This document shows, one piece after another, positions 1 through 10,729 of a stretch of DNA of 64,000 nt; positions within the stretch are counted from its first letter, which is position 1; every line of letters starts with the position of its first letter. The stretch lies in assembly GCA_034520215.1 (NCBI GenBank), contig JAXHNR010000002.1:6859-70858 (forward strand), in the 5' to 3' direction. The position numbers and the translations under genes were made by a program. A model generated the notes under the pieces. It worked only from the letters and a program-made list of their open reading frames with translations, had not been told where the DNA came from and searched no databases. This DNA is from Candidatus Krumholzibacteriota bacterium. Its GTDB lineage: Bacteria; Krumholzibacteriota; Krumholzibacteriia; Krumholzibacteriales; WJIX01.

Positions 1-2625
1 GGCGCCGAATTCATAGATATCGCCCGCCGGGGAAGATACCCGGAGACCATAGATCAGCATGTAAACAGAGATAGACTGGAGAAGTTCTTCGTGAAAGAGG
101 ACGGCCACTACCATATAAAGAAAATGATAAGGGAGATGATCGTCTTTGCCCAGCATAATGTGACTGCCAACCCTCCCTTCTCAAATCTGGACATTGTGAG
201 CTGCCGAAACCTGCTCATCTATCTCAGCCCCTCTTTGCAGAAGAAGCTGTTCCAGATCTTTCACTACTCCCTCAACCAGGAGGGGATACTTCTTCTCGGA
301 ACCTCCGAGAGCACGGGGCAGTGCAAGGATCTCTTTAAGATTCTGGATGAAAAATTAAAAATATTCAGAAAAAGACAGGTTAACAGAAGAATTAAAATCC
401 CCTCCACATTTCACTCCGCGAGAAAAAATAAAATGGACCGGAAAAGCACAGAGGGAGCCAGTCCGGGTAAAGAACAGCATATCAACAGGTTCATAAAGGC
501 ATTCAAGAATGAAATACTGGATAAATATTCCCCCCCCGTTGCCCTGATCGAAGATACCGGGAACATACTCTACATCAAGGGGAACCTGGAAAAGTATCTA
601 AGAATTCCGTCGGGGAGAGCCCGGGTCAACAATATTTTCGAAATGGCGAAGGATGGATTGAAGCGAAGGCTGAATGCCCTGGTCCGGGAAGCGGTCGATA
701 ATAAGAATGATGTCTCTCGAAAGGTGGATTTAGACATAGACGGGGAAATAAGAAATATAGAGCTTATAATAATCCCTTACTTTAGACCCCATCCGCTGGC
801 CGGGCTGATGACGGTGACTTTCACGGATCAGAAAACCCCGGCGAAACAGCAGGCACCCCCGGAACGTAAAAACGCCGCGGAGTACGATGAATACAGGTTG
901 AGGGAACTGGAAAAAGAACTGGAATTCACCAAAAAAAATCTCAGCGCCACCATATCCGATCTGGAAATGGCAAACGAAGAATTGACTTCAATGAACGAGG
1001 AGTTCCAGTCCACCAACGAAGAGATGCAGAGTGCCAATGAAGAACTGGAGACTTCACAGGAAGAACTGAAGTCGTTAAACGAGGAGCTTAACGTTACCAA
1101 CAGAGAGCTCAAGGTAAAGATCGATGAAGTTTACGAAGCTAACAACGACCTGAGAAACCTTTTCAGGAACGCTGAAATCGCCGTACTGTTTCTCGACAAG
1201 AAATTGAGGATCAGAAGATTCAGCTCAAAAACCAGCAAACTTATGAACTTAATCAAATCGGACGAGGGACGCCCCTTCAAGAACATATCGACCAACCTGA
1301 CCGGCGCCGATATTGTCGAAGATTCTAAGAAAGTACTGAAGAATCTGGAGTATAAGATAAAAGAAGTGAAAGACGAAAAGGGCAATTGGTACCATATGAA
1401 GATAATGCCTTACAGAACACGGGAGGATTCGATTGGCGGGGTAGCCGTAACTCTTTTCGATATCACAAGGCGTAAGGAGATGGAAGAAACCGCCAAACTT
1501 AACTCCGACCGATTCAGGAAATTCTTTGAGGGCCAGCAGAATTACTGCTATATACTATCCGAAGATGGCAAGATACTAGACGTGAACAGTTCGGCGCTCG
1601 AGGCACTGAAATATGAGAAGGAGGAACTGGTCGGAGAGCCGGCAGAAAAGATCTATCCTCCCGAATCAAAACTCCGGGTAGAGAAGTTACTGTCCGAATG
1701 GAGTAAAACTGGCAAAATCAGAAACGAGGAACTGACAATCATATCAAAAAACGGTCAGGAGAGGATAGTACTCCTGAACGCCGACAGAATTAAAGATTCC
1801 GCCGGCAACATCTATTTTCTCTTCGTACAGAACGATGAAACAGAGCGCAGGAAGGCACAGGAGGTATTAAAAAGGAACAGGGACGAACTCAAAAAGCTGG
1901 TAGATAAAAAATCAGAAGAATTGATATCCGCTCACATCGAAATCGAAAATGAAAAGCGGCTGGCCAGCCTGGGCACACTCTCTGCCACGATCGCGCATGA
2001 GCTTCGGAATCCTCTGGCAACTGTAGAGGTTTCGGCTTTTAATATAAGAAAAAAGACAAGAAATAAAGAGATACATAAGAAACTGGATAAAATCTCCAAG
2101 AAGATCACCGAAGCATCGGTGATAATAGACAATCTGCTGAATTTCTCGAATATCAAAAGTCCAGTTCTCAAAGATATTTCTATCGGCGGAGTCCTCGAGA
2201 AATCTGTTTCAGCCCTGGAGGACGCCTTTCCCCAATACGGCATAACTGTTAATATCAATATTCAGGAAATAAAAGGGCTGATCATTGATGCCGATCCTGT
2301 CCAGCTGGATAACGTATTCAGAAACATACTTCTCAATTCGTATCAGGCGGTGATGCATGAAAAGGGACAGATAGAGATCAAAGGGTACCGTGCCGAAGAT
2401 AAAGTAATGATAGAGATAAGCGATGACGGCCCGGGAATTGATAAAGAAGTCATGAAAAAGGTTTTCGAGCCTTTCTTTACCACCAAGACCAAAGGCACTG
2501 GCCTGGGACTCAGTATATCGAATGAATTCATGAAACTCCACGGAGGTGAAATAAAGATCGACAGCCGGGAAGGGGAAGGAACCGCGGTCAAAGTGATTAT
2601 TCCCTACAACGAAAAAGAAGTATGA
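1..2625 (+). CDS. Hybrid sensor protein: CheR-type SAM methyltransferase (C-terminal part), coiled coil, PAS domains, HisKA/HATPase_c histidine kinase; 5' end lies outside the window
   Basis: Frame 1 is open from nt 1 (GAEFIDIARRGRYPETIDQH...), so the listed ATG at 91 is internal. CheR-like motifs FAQHNVTANPPFSNLDIVSCRNLLIYL. Heptad-rich ELEKELEF...NEELETSQEELKSLNEEL. H-box SATIAHELRNPL. G-box GTGLGLSISNEFMKLHGG. Confidence 0.85.
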   Translation, partial: GAEFIDIARRGRYPETIDQHVNRDRLEKFFVKEDGHYHIKKMIREMIVFAQHNVTANPPFSNLDIVSCRNLLIYLSPSLQKKLFQIFHYSLNQEGILLLGTSESTGQCKDLFKILDEKLKIFRKRQVNRRIKIPSTFHSARKNKMDRKSTEGASPGKEQHINRFIKAFKNEILDKYSPPVALIEDTGNILYIKGNLEKYLRIPSGRARVNNIFEMAKDGLKRRLNALVREAVDNKNDVSRKVDLDIDGEIRNIELIIIPYFRPHPLAGLMTVTFTDQKTPAKQQAPPERKNAAEYDEYRLRELEKELEFTKKNLSATISDLEMANEELTSMNEEFQSTNEEMQSANEELETSQEELKSLNEELNVTNRELKVKIDEVYEANNDLRNLFRNAEIAVLFLDKKLRIRRFSSKTSKLMNLIKSDEGRPFKNISTNLTGADIVEDSKKVLKNLEYKIKEVKDEKGNWYHMKIMPYRTREDSIGGVAVTLFDITRRKEMEETAKLNSDRFRKFFEGQQNYCYILSEDGKILDVNSSALEALKYEKEELVGEPAEKIYPPESKLRVEKLLSEWSKTGKIRNEELTIISKNGQERIVLLNADRIKDSAGNIYFLFVQNDETERRKAQEVLKRNRDELKKLVDKKSEELISAHIEIENEKRLASLGTLSATIAHELRNPLATVEVSAFNIRKKTRNKEIHKKLDKISKKITEASVIIDNLLNFSNIKSPVLKDISIGGVLEKSVSALEDAFPQYGITVNINIQEIKGLIIDADPVQLDNVFRNILLNSYQAVMHEKGQIEIKGYRAEDKVMIEISDDGPGIDKEVMKKVFEPFFTTKTKGTGLGLSISNEFMKLHGGEIKIDSREGEGTAVKVIIPYNEKEV

Positions 2626-2975
2626 GCAGGAAATCGATAATCATCGACGACGATGAAGACCTTTGTGAAGTCCTTGCCGAGACACTCTCCGACCTGGGTT
2701 TCGAGGTGGATATAGCACTGGATGCCGGGACCGGACGTCAGTTTCTCAAAAAGTACAGCTACGACCTGATTCTCCTGGATCTAAAACTTCCCGGAGATGG
2801 GTTCAGCATCCTGCGAAAAATTGATTCTGCCGAGTTAAATAGCAGATTATTCATAATTACCGGAAACCCTATCAACAATCTGCCGAAATATAAGCGAAAC
2901 CTGTTAGATAAGGCGGAAGATGTTTTTATTAAGCCCTTCCCCATGACGGATTTTCTAAAAAAAATCAAGCGGTGA
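2622..2975 (+). CDS. Single-domain response regulator (receiver domain)
   Basis: ATGA start/stop overlap with the kinase. IIDDDEDL...DLILLDLKLPGDG...KPF receiver signature. Confidence 0.85.
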   Translation: MSRKSIIIDDDEDLCEVLAETLSDLGFEVDIALDAGTGRQFLKKYSYDLILLDLKLPGDGFSILRKIDSAELNSRLFIITGNPINNLPKYKRNLLDKAEDVFIKPFPMTDFLKKIKR

Positions 2976-3585
2976 GTTTTCGAACACAGTCAAGGCGCAG
3001 ATGCCGGTAAGGCCGGCTCTCCGGAGAAATTGTCTGTTCTCCGGCCGTTAGACAAAAAAATCTTTCTGATGGAAGGATTACATCCATAGTAACCGGCAAT
3101 TTGTTAGAAGAAATAACTGGGTTATCAGCTTCCAATGCAAGAAATTTAATTTTAAAGTTTGAAAAATAAATAAGAGATTTCATTATAAAAATTATTTAGA
3201 ACTTTTTAACGAGGAGTAAAAAACTTTGACTTTTTAACAGGCAAGGCATATTTATAAAAAAATAACTGTTCCGGTGATTTTTTTGTTTTCGGGTTTTGCG
3301 GTGGGATTCAGGGTGCTTTAATTGGTAAGTAATAATGCTTTAAAAACCGGTTTATAAACCCTTTCCCAGACCAATGCACACGTTTTTTCCCTAATTTTTT
3401 ACTTAGTATATTTTAAACAGTACGGATAAAAGAAAAAAACTGTTTTTACTACTTGCAAAAAGTGGTTAAAATGCATTATTAAAGTTTTTTATACCGGGTT
3501 CGGATTGATATACGGCTAATTTCGAGTAAAAATATCAAGAACGGTGTGCGGAAATTCATGAATTAAGAAGGAGTATATATATATT

Positions 3586-4998
3586 ATGAAGATAGTAATA
3601 GTGGGAGCGGGGGACGCTGGATTTGAACTCACCAAACGGCTTGTTATAGAAAACAAGGATGTAATAGTGATAGAAAAGGATCCGGATGTTGCAAGCCGTG
3701 TATCAAAACAGCTGGACTGCAAAGTGGTAACGGGGCCGGGCAACAGGATGGAGATACTCAGTCAGGCAGGTATAGATAAAGCCGATTTCTTTATTTCGGT
3801 AACCGGTTCGGATGAGGTAAATATAATAACCTGCGGCATGGTATATAAGACATTTAATGTGGGATTTACGATAGCCGGAGTGAAAAATATAGATTATTTC
3901 GGCACAAAAGGAGCAGATAAAACTTTCCCGGGAATAGATTTTATAGTAAATCCCGACATAGAGGCGGCAAGGAAAATAATAGAGATTATAAACAGTGGCG
4001 CAAGCAGCGAGATAATTATATTCGAGCAGGGCGAGAATCAGATGAAAAATATTGTGGTCAGCAAGGAGTCTTTTATGAACGGTATAGCTGTAAAAGAACT
4101 CTGGCAAAGACTTCAGGCAAATTTTCTTATAGCAGGCATAGAAAAATCCGACAGTTTTGTCATCCCAACGGGAGATACCGTAATAAACGAAGAAGATAAG
4201 ATATATTTCATTGCGTCAATAGATGAACTTGAAAAGATATTCCAAATAATGGGACAGCCGCCTATAGAGATCAGAGACGTTCTTATCGTGGGGGGGAGCA
4301 ATGTGGCCATCTATGTCGCTGAGCACCTGCTTAACGCGAACAGTAAAAATCCCAGCGCGATAAACAGGGTTCTGGGTGATTTCAACGGGGGTAAAAGGAA
4401 CTATAAGATAAAAAATATGAAGATAATCGACTCGGATTATGAAAAGTGCAAGGAGTTATCAGACAGGTTCCCGGAAGCCGTAGTCATAGAGGCGGATATT
4501 TCGGATGAGACTATTATTGCCGAAGAAGGGTTAGATAATTTTGATCTTGTAATTATGGCCACCAAGAACTACGAGCTCAATATACTGGCGGCTCTTTATT
4601 TAAAAACAGTCGGAGTAGAACGGGCTATAAGCCTGTTGAAACATAAAAATTATATGCATATGGCTTCAAAGCTCGGAGTAGATGCTATTGTAAGTTCCAG
4701 AGACAGTATCAGTAACCCGATTCTTAAATTAATAAGAAGAGGAAATATCATGAGTATTCACAGCATCTCAGGGGGAGACGCTGAGATCATGGAGTTTCAT
4801 CTTGAAAAAAATAACAAGTTAGCCGGAAAGAAGATAATGGACCATAGTTTTCCGGCTCATTCACTCATACTTTCTGTCGTAAGGGACGGAAAGTGCATTA
4901 TACCGCACGGTGATCTGGAGATTTTAGCCGGAGATCACGTAATAATTATTGCCCAGAAGGATCAGGTAGAGAAGATAGAGACTATGGTGGTCGGCTGA
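3586..4998 (+). CDS. trkA: Trk potassium uptake system NAD-binding subunit TrkA (two RCK modules)
   Basis: MKIVIVGAGDAGFEL Rossmann motif, a second GG-containing NAD domain (LIVGGSNVAIY), RCK_C-like C termini. AGGAG-type RBS upstream. Confidence 0.9.
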   Translation: MKIVIVGAGDAGFELTKRLVIENKDVIVIEKDPDVASRVSKQLDCKVVTGPGNRMEILSQAGIDKADFFISVTGSDEVNIITCGMVYKTFNVGFTIAGVKNIDYFGTKGADKTFPGIDFIVNPDIEAARKIIEIINSGASSEIIIFEQGENQMKNIVVSKESFMNGIAVKELWQRLQANFLIAGIEKSDSFVIPTGDTVINEEDKIYFIASIDELEKIFQIMGQPPIEIRDVLIVGGSNVAIYVAEHLLNANSKNPSAINRVLGDFNGGKRNYKIKNMKIIDSDYEKCKELSDRFPEAVVIEADISDETIIAEEGLDNFDLVIMATKNYELNILAALYLKTVGVERAISLLKHKNYMHMASKLGVDAIVSSRDSISNPILKLIRRGNIMSIHSISGGDAEIMEFHLEKNNKLAGKKIMDHSFPAHSLILSVVRDGKCIIPHGDLEILAGDHVIIIAQKDQVEKIETMVVG

Positions 4999-5000
4999 CA

Positions 5001-6452
5001 GTGAATGTAAAGTATGTTATAAAAATCCTGGCTGTACTGCTTTTGATCCTGGCTGTATTTATGATTCTGCCGGTTATACTCGCTTTCTATTACCGGGAGG
5101 CTTACCTTTCAATAAGTTTCTTAGTACCGGTTAGTTTTATCCTGATTTTCAGTTCAATTGTTCTATGGTTTACAAGAAAAGAAGAAACACCTCATCTCAG
5201 TACAAGAGACGGTTTTTTGCTGGTAAGTTCTGGATGGTTTTCAGCAGCTGCCTTAGGGGCAATCCCCTTTGTCATATCAGGGGCGATACCTTCGATTACT
5301 GACGCCTTTTTCGAGGCAATGTCAGGTTTTACAACTACCGGAGCTTCCATATTGACCGATATAGAGTCCCTTCCCAAAACCATACTTTTCTGGCGCTCAT
5401 TAACGCACTGGCTGGGCGGCATGGGTATAATTGTACTGCTGGTTGCTATATTTCAATTTATAGGAGCAGGAGGCCTGGGCCTGCTTAAAGCAGAGGCTCC
5501 GGGCCCGACGGTAGACAAGATTACTCCGAAAATAACGAAAATGGCAAAAATACTGTGGTTTGTATATGTGGGGCTGACTTTATGTCAGATAATTCTTCTT
5601 ATGGCGGGGGGGATGGATCTTTTTAACGCCAGCACGCATGCTTTCGGAACGATGGCTACGGGAGGATTCTCCACAAAAGCCGGTTCTGTGGGGCATTACA
5701 GTTCCCCTTTCATACATTATGTCATCACGATCTTTATGCTGCTGGCGGGAATAAACTTTGTTCTTTACTTCAAAATGTTGACCGGAAAGATAGACGCTTT
5801 ATTTAAAGATACCGAACTGAAGGTATATCTGAGTATATTCGCCGTAGCCAGCATAATAATAGCTGTAAGCCTCTATGGTAATAGCTTCCCATCTGTGGAG
5901 GAGAGCTTCCGGTATGCAGTGTTTCAGGCCGCCTCCATACTTACAACGACAGGTTTTGCGACAGATGATTTTGCCAGCTGGCCTTTCATGGCACAGGCAG
6001 TTCTTTTCATACTTATGTTTGTGGGCGGATGTTCAGGATCTACGGGGGGCGGGATTAAGGTTATCCGTTATGTTAAACTCTTCAAACTGGGAAACAATCA
6101 GATGAAATACCTGCTTCATCCCCGCGGTATATTCAAAATAAAGGTTGGAGAGAATATACTAAAGAAAGATGTCATGTATCTGGTTTCCGGTTTCTTTTTT
6201 CTCTACATACTGCTGCTTTTTGTAGTATCACTTATTGTATCTTCCGGCGGCAACAGTATTCTCACTTCATTTTCATCCGCCCTTGTTACCCTGGGAAATA
6301 TCGGCCCGGGTTTCGGCAGGGTCGGGCCGACTCTGAATTTCAGCTTCTATCCCGATTATATAAAATGGGTTCTGAGTTTTGCAATGATGGCGGGCCGCCT
6401 GGAGATTTACACCCTTCTTGTTATATTTACACCTATGTTCTGGAAAAAGTAA
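5001..6452 (+). CDS. trkH: Trk potassium uptake membrane subunit TrkH
   Basis: Starts 3 nt after the trkA stop (GTG start). Multi-TM protein with repeated selectivity-filter-like motifs (MSGFTTTGAS, TMATGGFST, ILTTTGFAT). Confidence 0.9.
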   Translation: MNVKYVIKILAVLLLILAVFMILPVILAFYYREAYLSISFLVPVSFILIFSSIVLWFTRKEETPHLSTRDGFLLVSSGWFSAAALGAIPFVISGAIPSITDAFFEAMSGFTTTGASILTDIESLPKTILFWRSLTHWLGGMGIIVLLVAIFQFIGAGGLGLLKAEAPGPTVDKITPKITKMAKILWFVYVGLTLCQIILLMAGGMDLFNASTHAFGTMATGGFSTKAGSVGHYSSPFIHYVITIFMLLAGINFVLYFKMLTGKIDALFKDTELKVYLSIFAVASIIIAVSLYGNSFPSVEESFRYAVFQAASILTTTGFATDDFASWPFMAQAVLFILMFVGGCSGSTGGGIKVIRYVKLFKLGNNQMKYLLHPRGIFKIKVGENILKKDVMYLVSGFFFLYILLLFVVSLIVSSGGNSILTSFSSALVTLGNIGPGFGRVGPTLNFSFYPDYIKWVLSFAMMAGRLEIYTLLVIFTPMFWKK

Positions 6453-6458
6453 GAAAAA

Positions 6459-6782
6459 TTAACGGTTCTTTTTTTCGAATGTGACGGTCACAGCCAGCAT
6501 CGATGTGGTCCCGAACAGAATGGAGATGGCCACGACTCCGGGAAGCAATGTCATGATGCTGTCCAGACCGGTGAGCATGTTGATGGTGGTGGTCTTGCCT
6601 GCGCCATTCGGGCCCAGAAAGCCAAACAATTCCCCACGGGGAACGCTGAAAGCAGCGCATTCAACAGCCGTGAGATCGCCGAATCGTTTGCTCAGATCAG
6701 AGGCTTCTATCATCTGCGCTTCTCTCATCTCTTTTCGTCCTAATTGCCGTAAGTGCTTGAGGAAGCCGATCCGCCTATCCAA
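6459..6782 (-). pseudogene. Deletion remnant fusing an ABC ATPase N-terminus (Walker A) to an ABC-2 permease C-terminus
   Basis: [17 protein letters not shown]...[20 protein letters not shown] is followed directly by the hydrophobic permease-like tail [27 protein letters not shown]. There is no Q-loop, signature or Walker B motif. Confidence 0.6.
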
Positions 6783-6942
6783 AGAGCGGAGCGTCCGCTA
6801 ATCCTCCACATTTAAAAGTCTTTGGGTTATTTTTTTCCATTCCGCCAGAGTCTTTCCATTTACTCGATAATGGACAAAATAGCCTTGCTTGTTCGCACCG
6901 CCCCCGTCGACAGAAAAACCCGAATTTCTTATAATTAAAGCG

Positions 6943-7548
6943 CTATTGCTGCTGTTGTATTTTTCGCTGATCAAGATCTTTTTTAGCGACCTCCAAGACG
7001 CCGCGTTTTTTGATTAGCGTTCTGATTCTATCACTATCCGGAAAACGGATGGCATCATAAACGCACCACACTTTGCAGGATGTGCACCCCACCATGCACT
7101 GGAGCGGTCGAGCAACAACAGTTTTTTTACGGCCCCAGTCATAATCAAAAACATTTCGGCCGCAAGAGGTCACGCATATGCCGCAGCCTGTGCATTTATT
7201 CAAATCGACAATCGGCGCCCAATCAATCTCTTCTCTGGGTATGCCTTTCCAGTATGAGAACTTGTTGGTTAATTCATTGTTATTTTTCCGCTCGGTTTTT
7301 GAACAGTGCTTCTGCATAAATTGTGCAATATGTTCTTTGGCCCATATATGACCCTGGCATATAATTTTGTCATCCACAATCAAAGCCGGAGTGAGCAAGA
7401 TATTCTTTTCTTCTATTTTCAGAATTTCATTCATATGATGAATAATATCCAGCTTACATTCAAGGCCCAATTCGTGGATAATATCCTCCACATCAGTTTT
7501 AAGCTGCCTCTGCATGGCGCTGTCCCTACCGATAATTTTAATGTTCAT
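6943..7548 (-). CDS. Fusion of a Cys-less MTH895/thioredoxin_3-like domain with a 2x[4Fe-4S] ferredoxin domain
   Basis: The N-terminus parallels the two CPKC thioredoxins in the window, but GRDSAMQRQ replaces GTGCPKCKK. The C-terminus has CTGCGICVTSC and CTSCKVWC cluster motifs. ATGA overlap with the upstream RND gene. Confidence 0.7.
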   Translation of the reverse strand: MNIKIIGRDSAMQRQLKTDVEDIIHELGLECKLDIIHHMNEILKIEEKNILLTPALIVDDKIICQGHIWAKEHIAQFMQKHCSKTERKNNNELTNKFSYWKGIPREEIDWAPIVDLNKCTGCGICVTSCGRNVFDYDWGRKKTVVARPLQCMVGCTSCKVWCVYDAIRFPDSDRIRTLIKKRGVLEVAKKDLDQRKIQQQQ

Positions 7549-9065
7549 GAAGATTCTCCTTTCGATTTGAAGGTTTTCTCAAAAATAAAATACAGATTCG
7601 GCAGCAACAGAAGCGTCACGAACAGGGAAAAGAACAATCCGCCGATCACCGCGATGGCCATCGGCTTAAGCATGTCGCCGCCTTCACCCCAGTTGATCGC
7701 CAGCGGCATTAAGCCCAGCATAGTGGTTGCCTGAGTCATCAGAATGGGACGCACGCGCAGGGGCGCCGCTTCCAGAATCGCTTCCCGCAGCGCCAGGCCT
7801 TTCCGGCGGTATTCATTGATAAAGGAGATCAGCACCACGCCCTGGGTGGCGATACCGCCGGTCATGATGATCACGCCGATGAGTACGGTGGCACCGGCCG
7901 GAAAACCGGTCAGAAGTAACGCCGCAATCACGCCCACTAAAGCGAAGGGCACCCCCATTAAAATCAGCAGCGGCTGTTTAAAGGAATTGAATTGTATCGC
8001 CAGAATGACATAAGCGAAGAACAGAGCGAACAAGATTATTTTTATCATGACGTTCTGGCTTTCCTGCATCAGATAGACCTGGCCGCCAAACTCAAACGAA
8101 TAGCCTTCAGGCATAGGGATATCAGCCAGCGATTGATTGACTACCGCTGCCATTTCACCCACGCTGGCGCCTGCGGTCACGTCGCTGGACACCACAATCT
8201 GTTTCACCTGATCCTCACGGATAATCTCTACCGGCCCCAACCGCGGGATAACTTTTGCCACGGTGCGCAGCGGCACTTTCTCACCGTTTCTTCCATCGAT
8301 GAACAGATTCTCGATATCCTGCTTTGAAGTCATGCGATTTTCAGGCACCATCACCCGAATGTCGTAATACTCACCCTGGTCGCGATATTGGGAGGCCACC
8401 GCGCCGTCAATCAGGCTTTTTACTGAATTAGAGATTGTCTGCGTGGAAATGCCCAAATCTGCCAGTCGCAGACGATCCACGTGAATCTGATATTCAGGCT
8501 TGGTAATCTGTGTACCGACGCGGATATTGGTCAATCCGTCTATTTTATTCAAACGAGCTGCCACCTGCTGCGCCATTTCATTCAATCTGTTTAAATCGAA
8601 GCCTCGGACTTTGATCTCCACGTCCGATTCGCCCATTTTACGGATGCCTTTCATCTTTGCCTGTTTCACGACCAGTCTGGCGCCAGGAACGCATGATTTC
8701 ATCACCTGACGGTCTTGATGCGTTCGGCATGTATTGTTCGGTCGAAAAGGGCCGATTGGCTTTGGGAACCAGCTCGATGCCAATCTCGCCTTCATTGGCG
8801 ATTTCGTAGGTAATGAGCCCCCAAACTTTTCCGCCGGACAGCACAAAATACTTGTCCACATAGCGGGTCGTCTTGCACGACGCTCTCCAGCCGGGCCAGC
8901 AGGCTGTCGGTGCGGGCTACCGGAGGTGCCGGTCGGCAAAATCGCCTTTATCATGAGCCGTCCGTCATCCACTTTGGGCAGGAATTCGCTGCCGATCTTG
9001 CCGAAGAAAAAGACGGCGGCGATCAGTAGCGCGATAAAAACCGCTACGACAATCCAGCGGAACAT
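7545..9065 (-). pseudogene. RND (AcrB/CzcA-type) efflux pump, C-terminal segment, internally frameshifted
   Basis: Typical RND C-terminal TM bundle (GVPFALVGVIAALLLTGF..., LGLMPLAINWGEGG). Residues about 45-125 of this ORF are Pro/Arg-rich nonsense, while RND-like sequence (DKYFVLSGGKVWGLITYEIANEGEIGIELVPKANRPFS) sits in another frame at 8638-8859. Confidence 0.8.
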
Positions 9066-10646
9066 CAGAAGAACATCCAGAGCCCGGCGATAGATTGCGG
9101 TCGATGACCTCGAATGAAACGGTCGGCAAGGCTGTGATGTTTGCGGGGATGCCCCTTGGCGGTGACCAGGTAGTGGGTCAGCATGGGCGTGACGGTCAGC
9201 GCTACAACCAACGAAATGACCACGATCCCCGCGATGGTTAGAATCAATTCGCGAAACAACAATGATGTTAGACCCGGAATGAGTAGAAACGGCAGGAACA
9301 ACGCCAAAAAAGTCAGGGTGGACGCCAGCACAGCAAGTGCGACTTCGCTAGTAGCGTTGTCTGCTATTGTGTCACTGCTTCTTCCTTCTATCAGATGCAT
9401 CCGGGTGATATTTTCGATCACCACTATGGAGTTGTCCAGCACCACGCCCATGGCCACCACCAGTCCGCCCAGGGAAAATATGTTGATGGAAAAATTGCCC
9501 AGTTTCATCAGAAAAAAATTGAACAGAATCGTAACCGGCAGGGCAACGAGCATCACCAGCACCTGCCGCCAGTGCCCCAGGAAAAGAAAGATCACCAGAA
9601 TAACCAACAGCACGGCGACAATGGCAGAATCTCTGACGCCGGCGATAGCGCCTTTAATGTAATCTGCCTGGTTTTCCACAGTGTTAAAATGAATGTCGGG
9701 CGGTATGGTTTCTTTCAGTTTTTTGGTCAACTGGTTTACCGCTTCCGCCACTTCAACCGTGTTCGCGTCAGCTTGCTTGAGAATGTTTAATTTAATGGCA
9801 GGCTTACTGTTAAACCGGGTAATCACGCGCTCGTCTTCGTGGCTGTCTTCCACAGCTGCCAGATCTTTTAAACGCACCATCGAATGATTGTTATTTAAAA
9901 TAACCACGTTGCGTATATCTTCCATGCTATGGAATTCTGCGGTGGTGCGCACAATATATTCCCGGCTCCCCTCGGTTACACGCCCCGCCAGCCGCTCAAT
10001 ATTTTCTTCCCGCAACCGATTGATCACCTGGTTCAACGTCAGGTTGTAGGCAGCCAGCCGTTCGGGATCGAGATGGACACGGATTTCCCGCTCCAGCCCG
10101 CCGACAATTTCGGTGCCGGCCACGCCTTTCACTGCCAGAAACTGATCCTGCAGCACATTCTCGACCCAGGTGCGCAGTTTCACTATATCCCTACCCTCGG
10201 ACTGAATGATAAGCTGCACCACCGGCAATTGCGACGGATCGGCTTTGAACATGATCGGCGGGTCCACGTCGGGCGGCAGTTTGCGGCCCGCCAGCCCCAT
10301 TTTCGCCACAACATCCTGATACGCCACATCCACATCCGTGCCGTATTCAAAATTGATCAGCAGAGTATACATACCCTCAATGCTGGACGACTCCAGGTAA
10401 TCGAGATCATCCACGGTGCTCATGAGCGCGCTCGACAGCGATCGGCTGATGTTGTCGTTGATTTCCTCCGGGGTCGCGCCGCGCCAGTAGACATAGACCT
10501 TGATCATGGGGTAGGTGATGTCCGGCAGAAAGTCTGTGGGCATGCTGGGAATAGCCATAGATGCCCGAGGACGATCGCCGTTGCCATCAAGCACGAGTGG
10601 TGGCTACCGGGCGCTTAATGCTGATAGATGTAAGTTTCATTTTCAT
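9065..10646 (-). pseudogene. RND efflux pump, N-terminal segment, multiply frameshifted
   Basis: The canonical start MKMKLTSISIKRPVATT (10646 downwards) stops after 17 codons. TM1 (LMATAIVLG) and the following PTDFLPDITYPMIKV lie in two other frames. A further frame break at about 9065 joins it to the 7545-9065 segment. Confidence 0.8.
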
Positions 10647-10729
10647 ACTCCAATTCTATTCTACCCAAAGACACCGAGCACATAGATATTTTTTGATACC
10701 TTTTTTAGGTGTTCTCTGTAGTTTTGCGG

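Noticed and set aside
828-1385. Ser/Leu-rich minus-strand ORFs within the kinase gene
   Set aside because: They are the antisense of the GAA/GAG-rich coiled-coil region and so a typical shadow frame.
2976-3585. Possible c-di-AMP (ydaO-type) or other riboswitch in the 600-nt AT-rich region upstream of trkA
   Set aside because: I found no conserved riboswitch core sequences. There are only two short hairpins just after the response-regulator stop (3004-3044, lacking a U-tail) and a TTGCAA-17/18-TATTAA promoter-like site at about 3453-3482. That is too weak to call.
9183-10618. Several plus-strand ORFs (131-229 aa) across the RND gene
   Set aside because: They are His/Arg/Gln-rich antisense frames of a GC-rich membrane-protein gene with no recognisable motifs.
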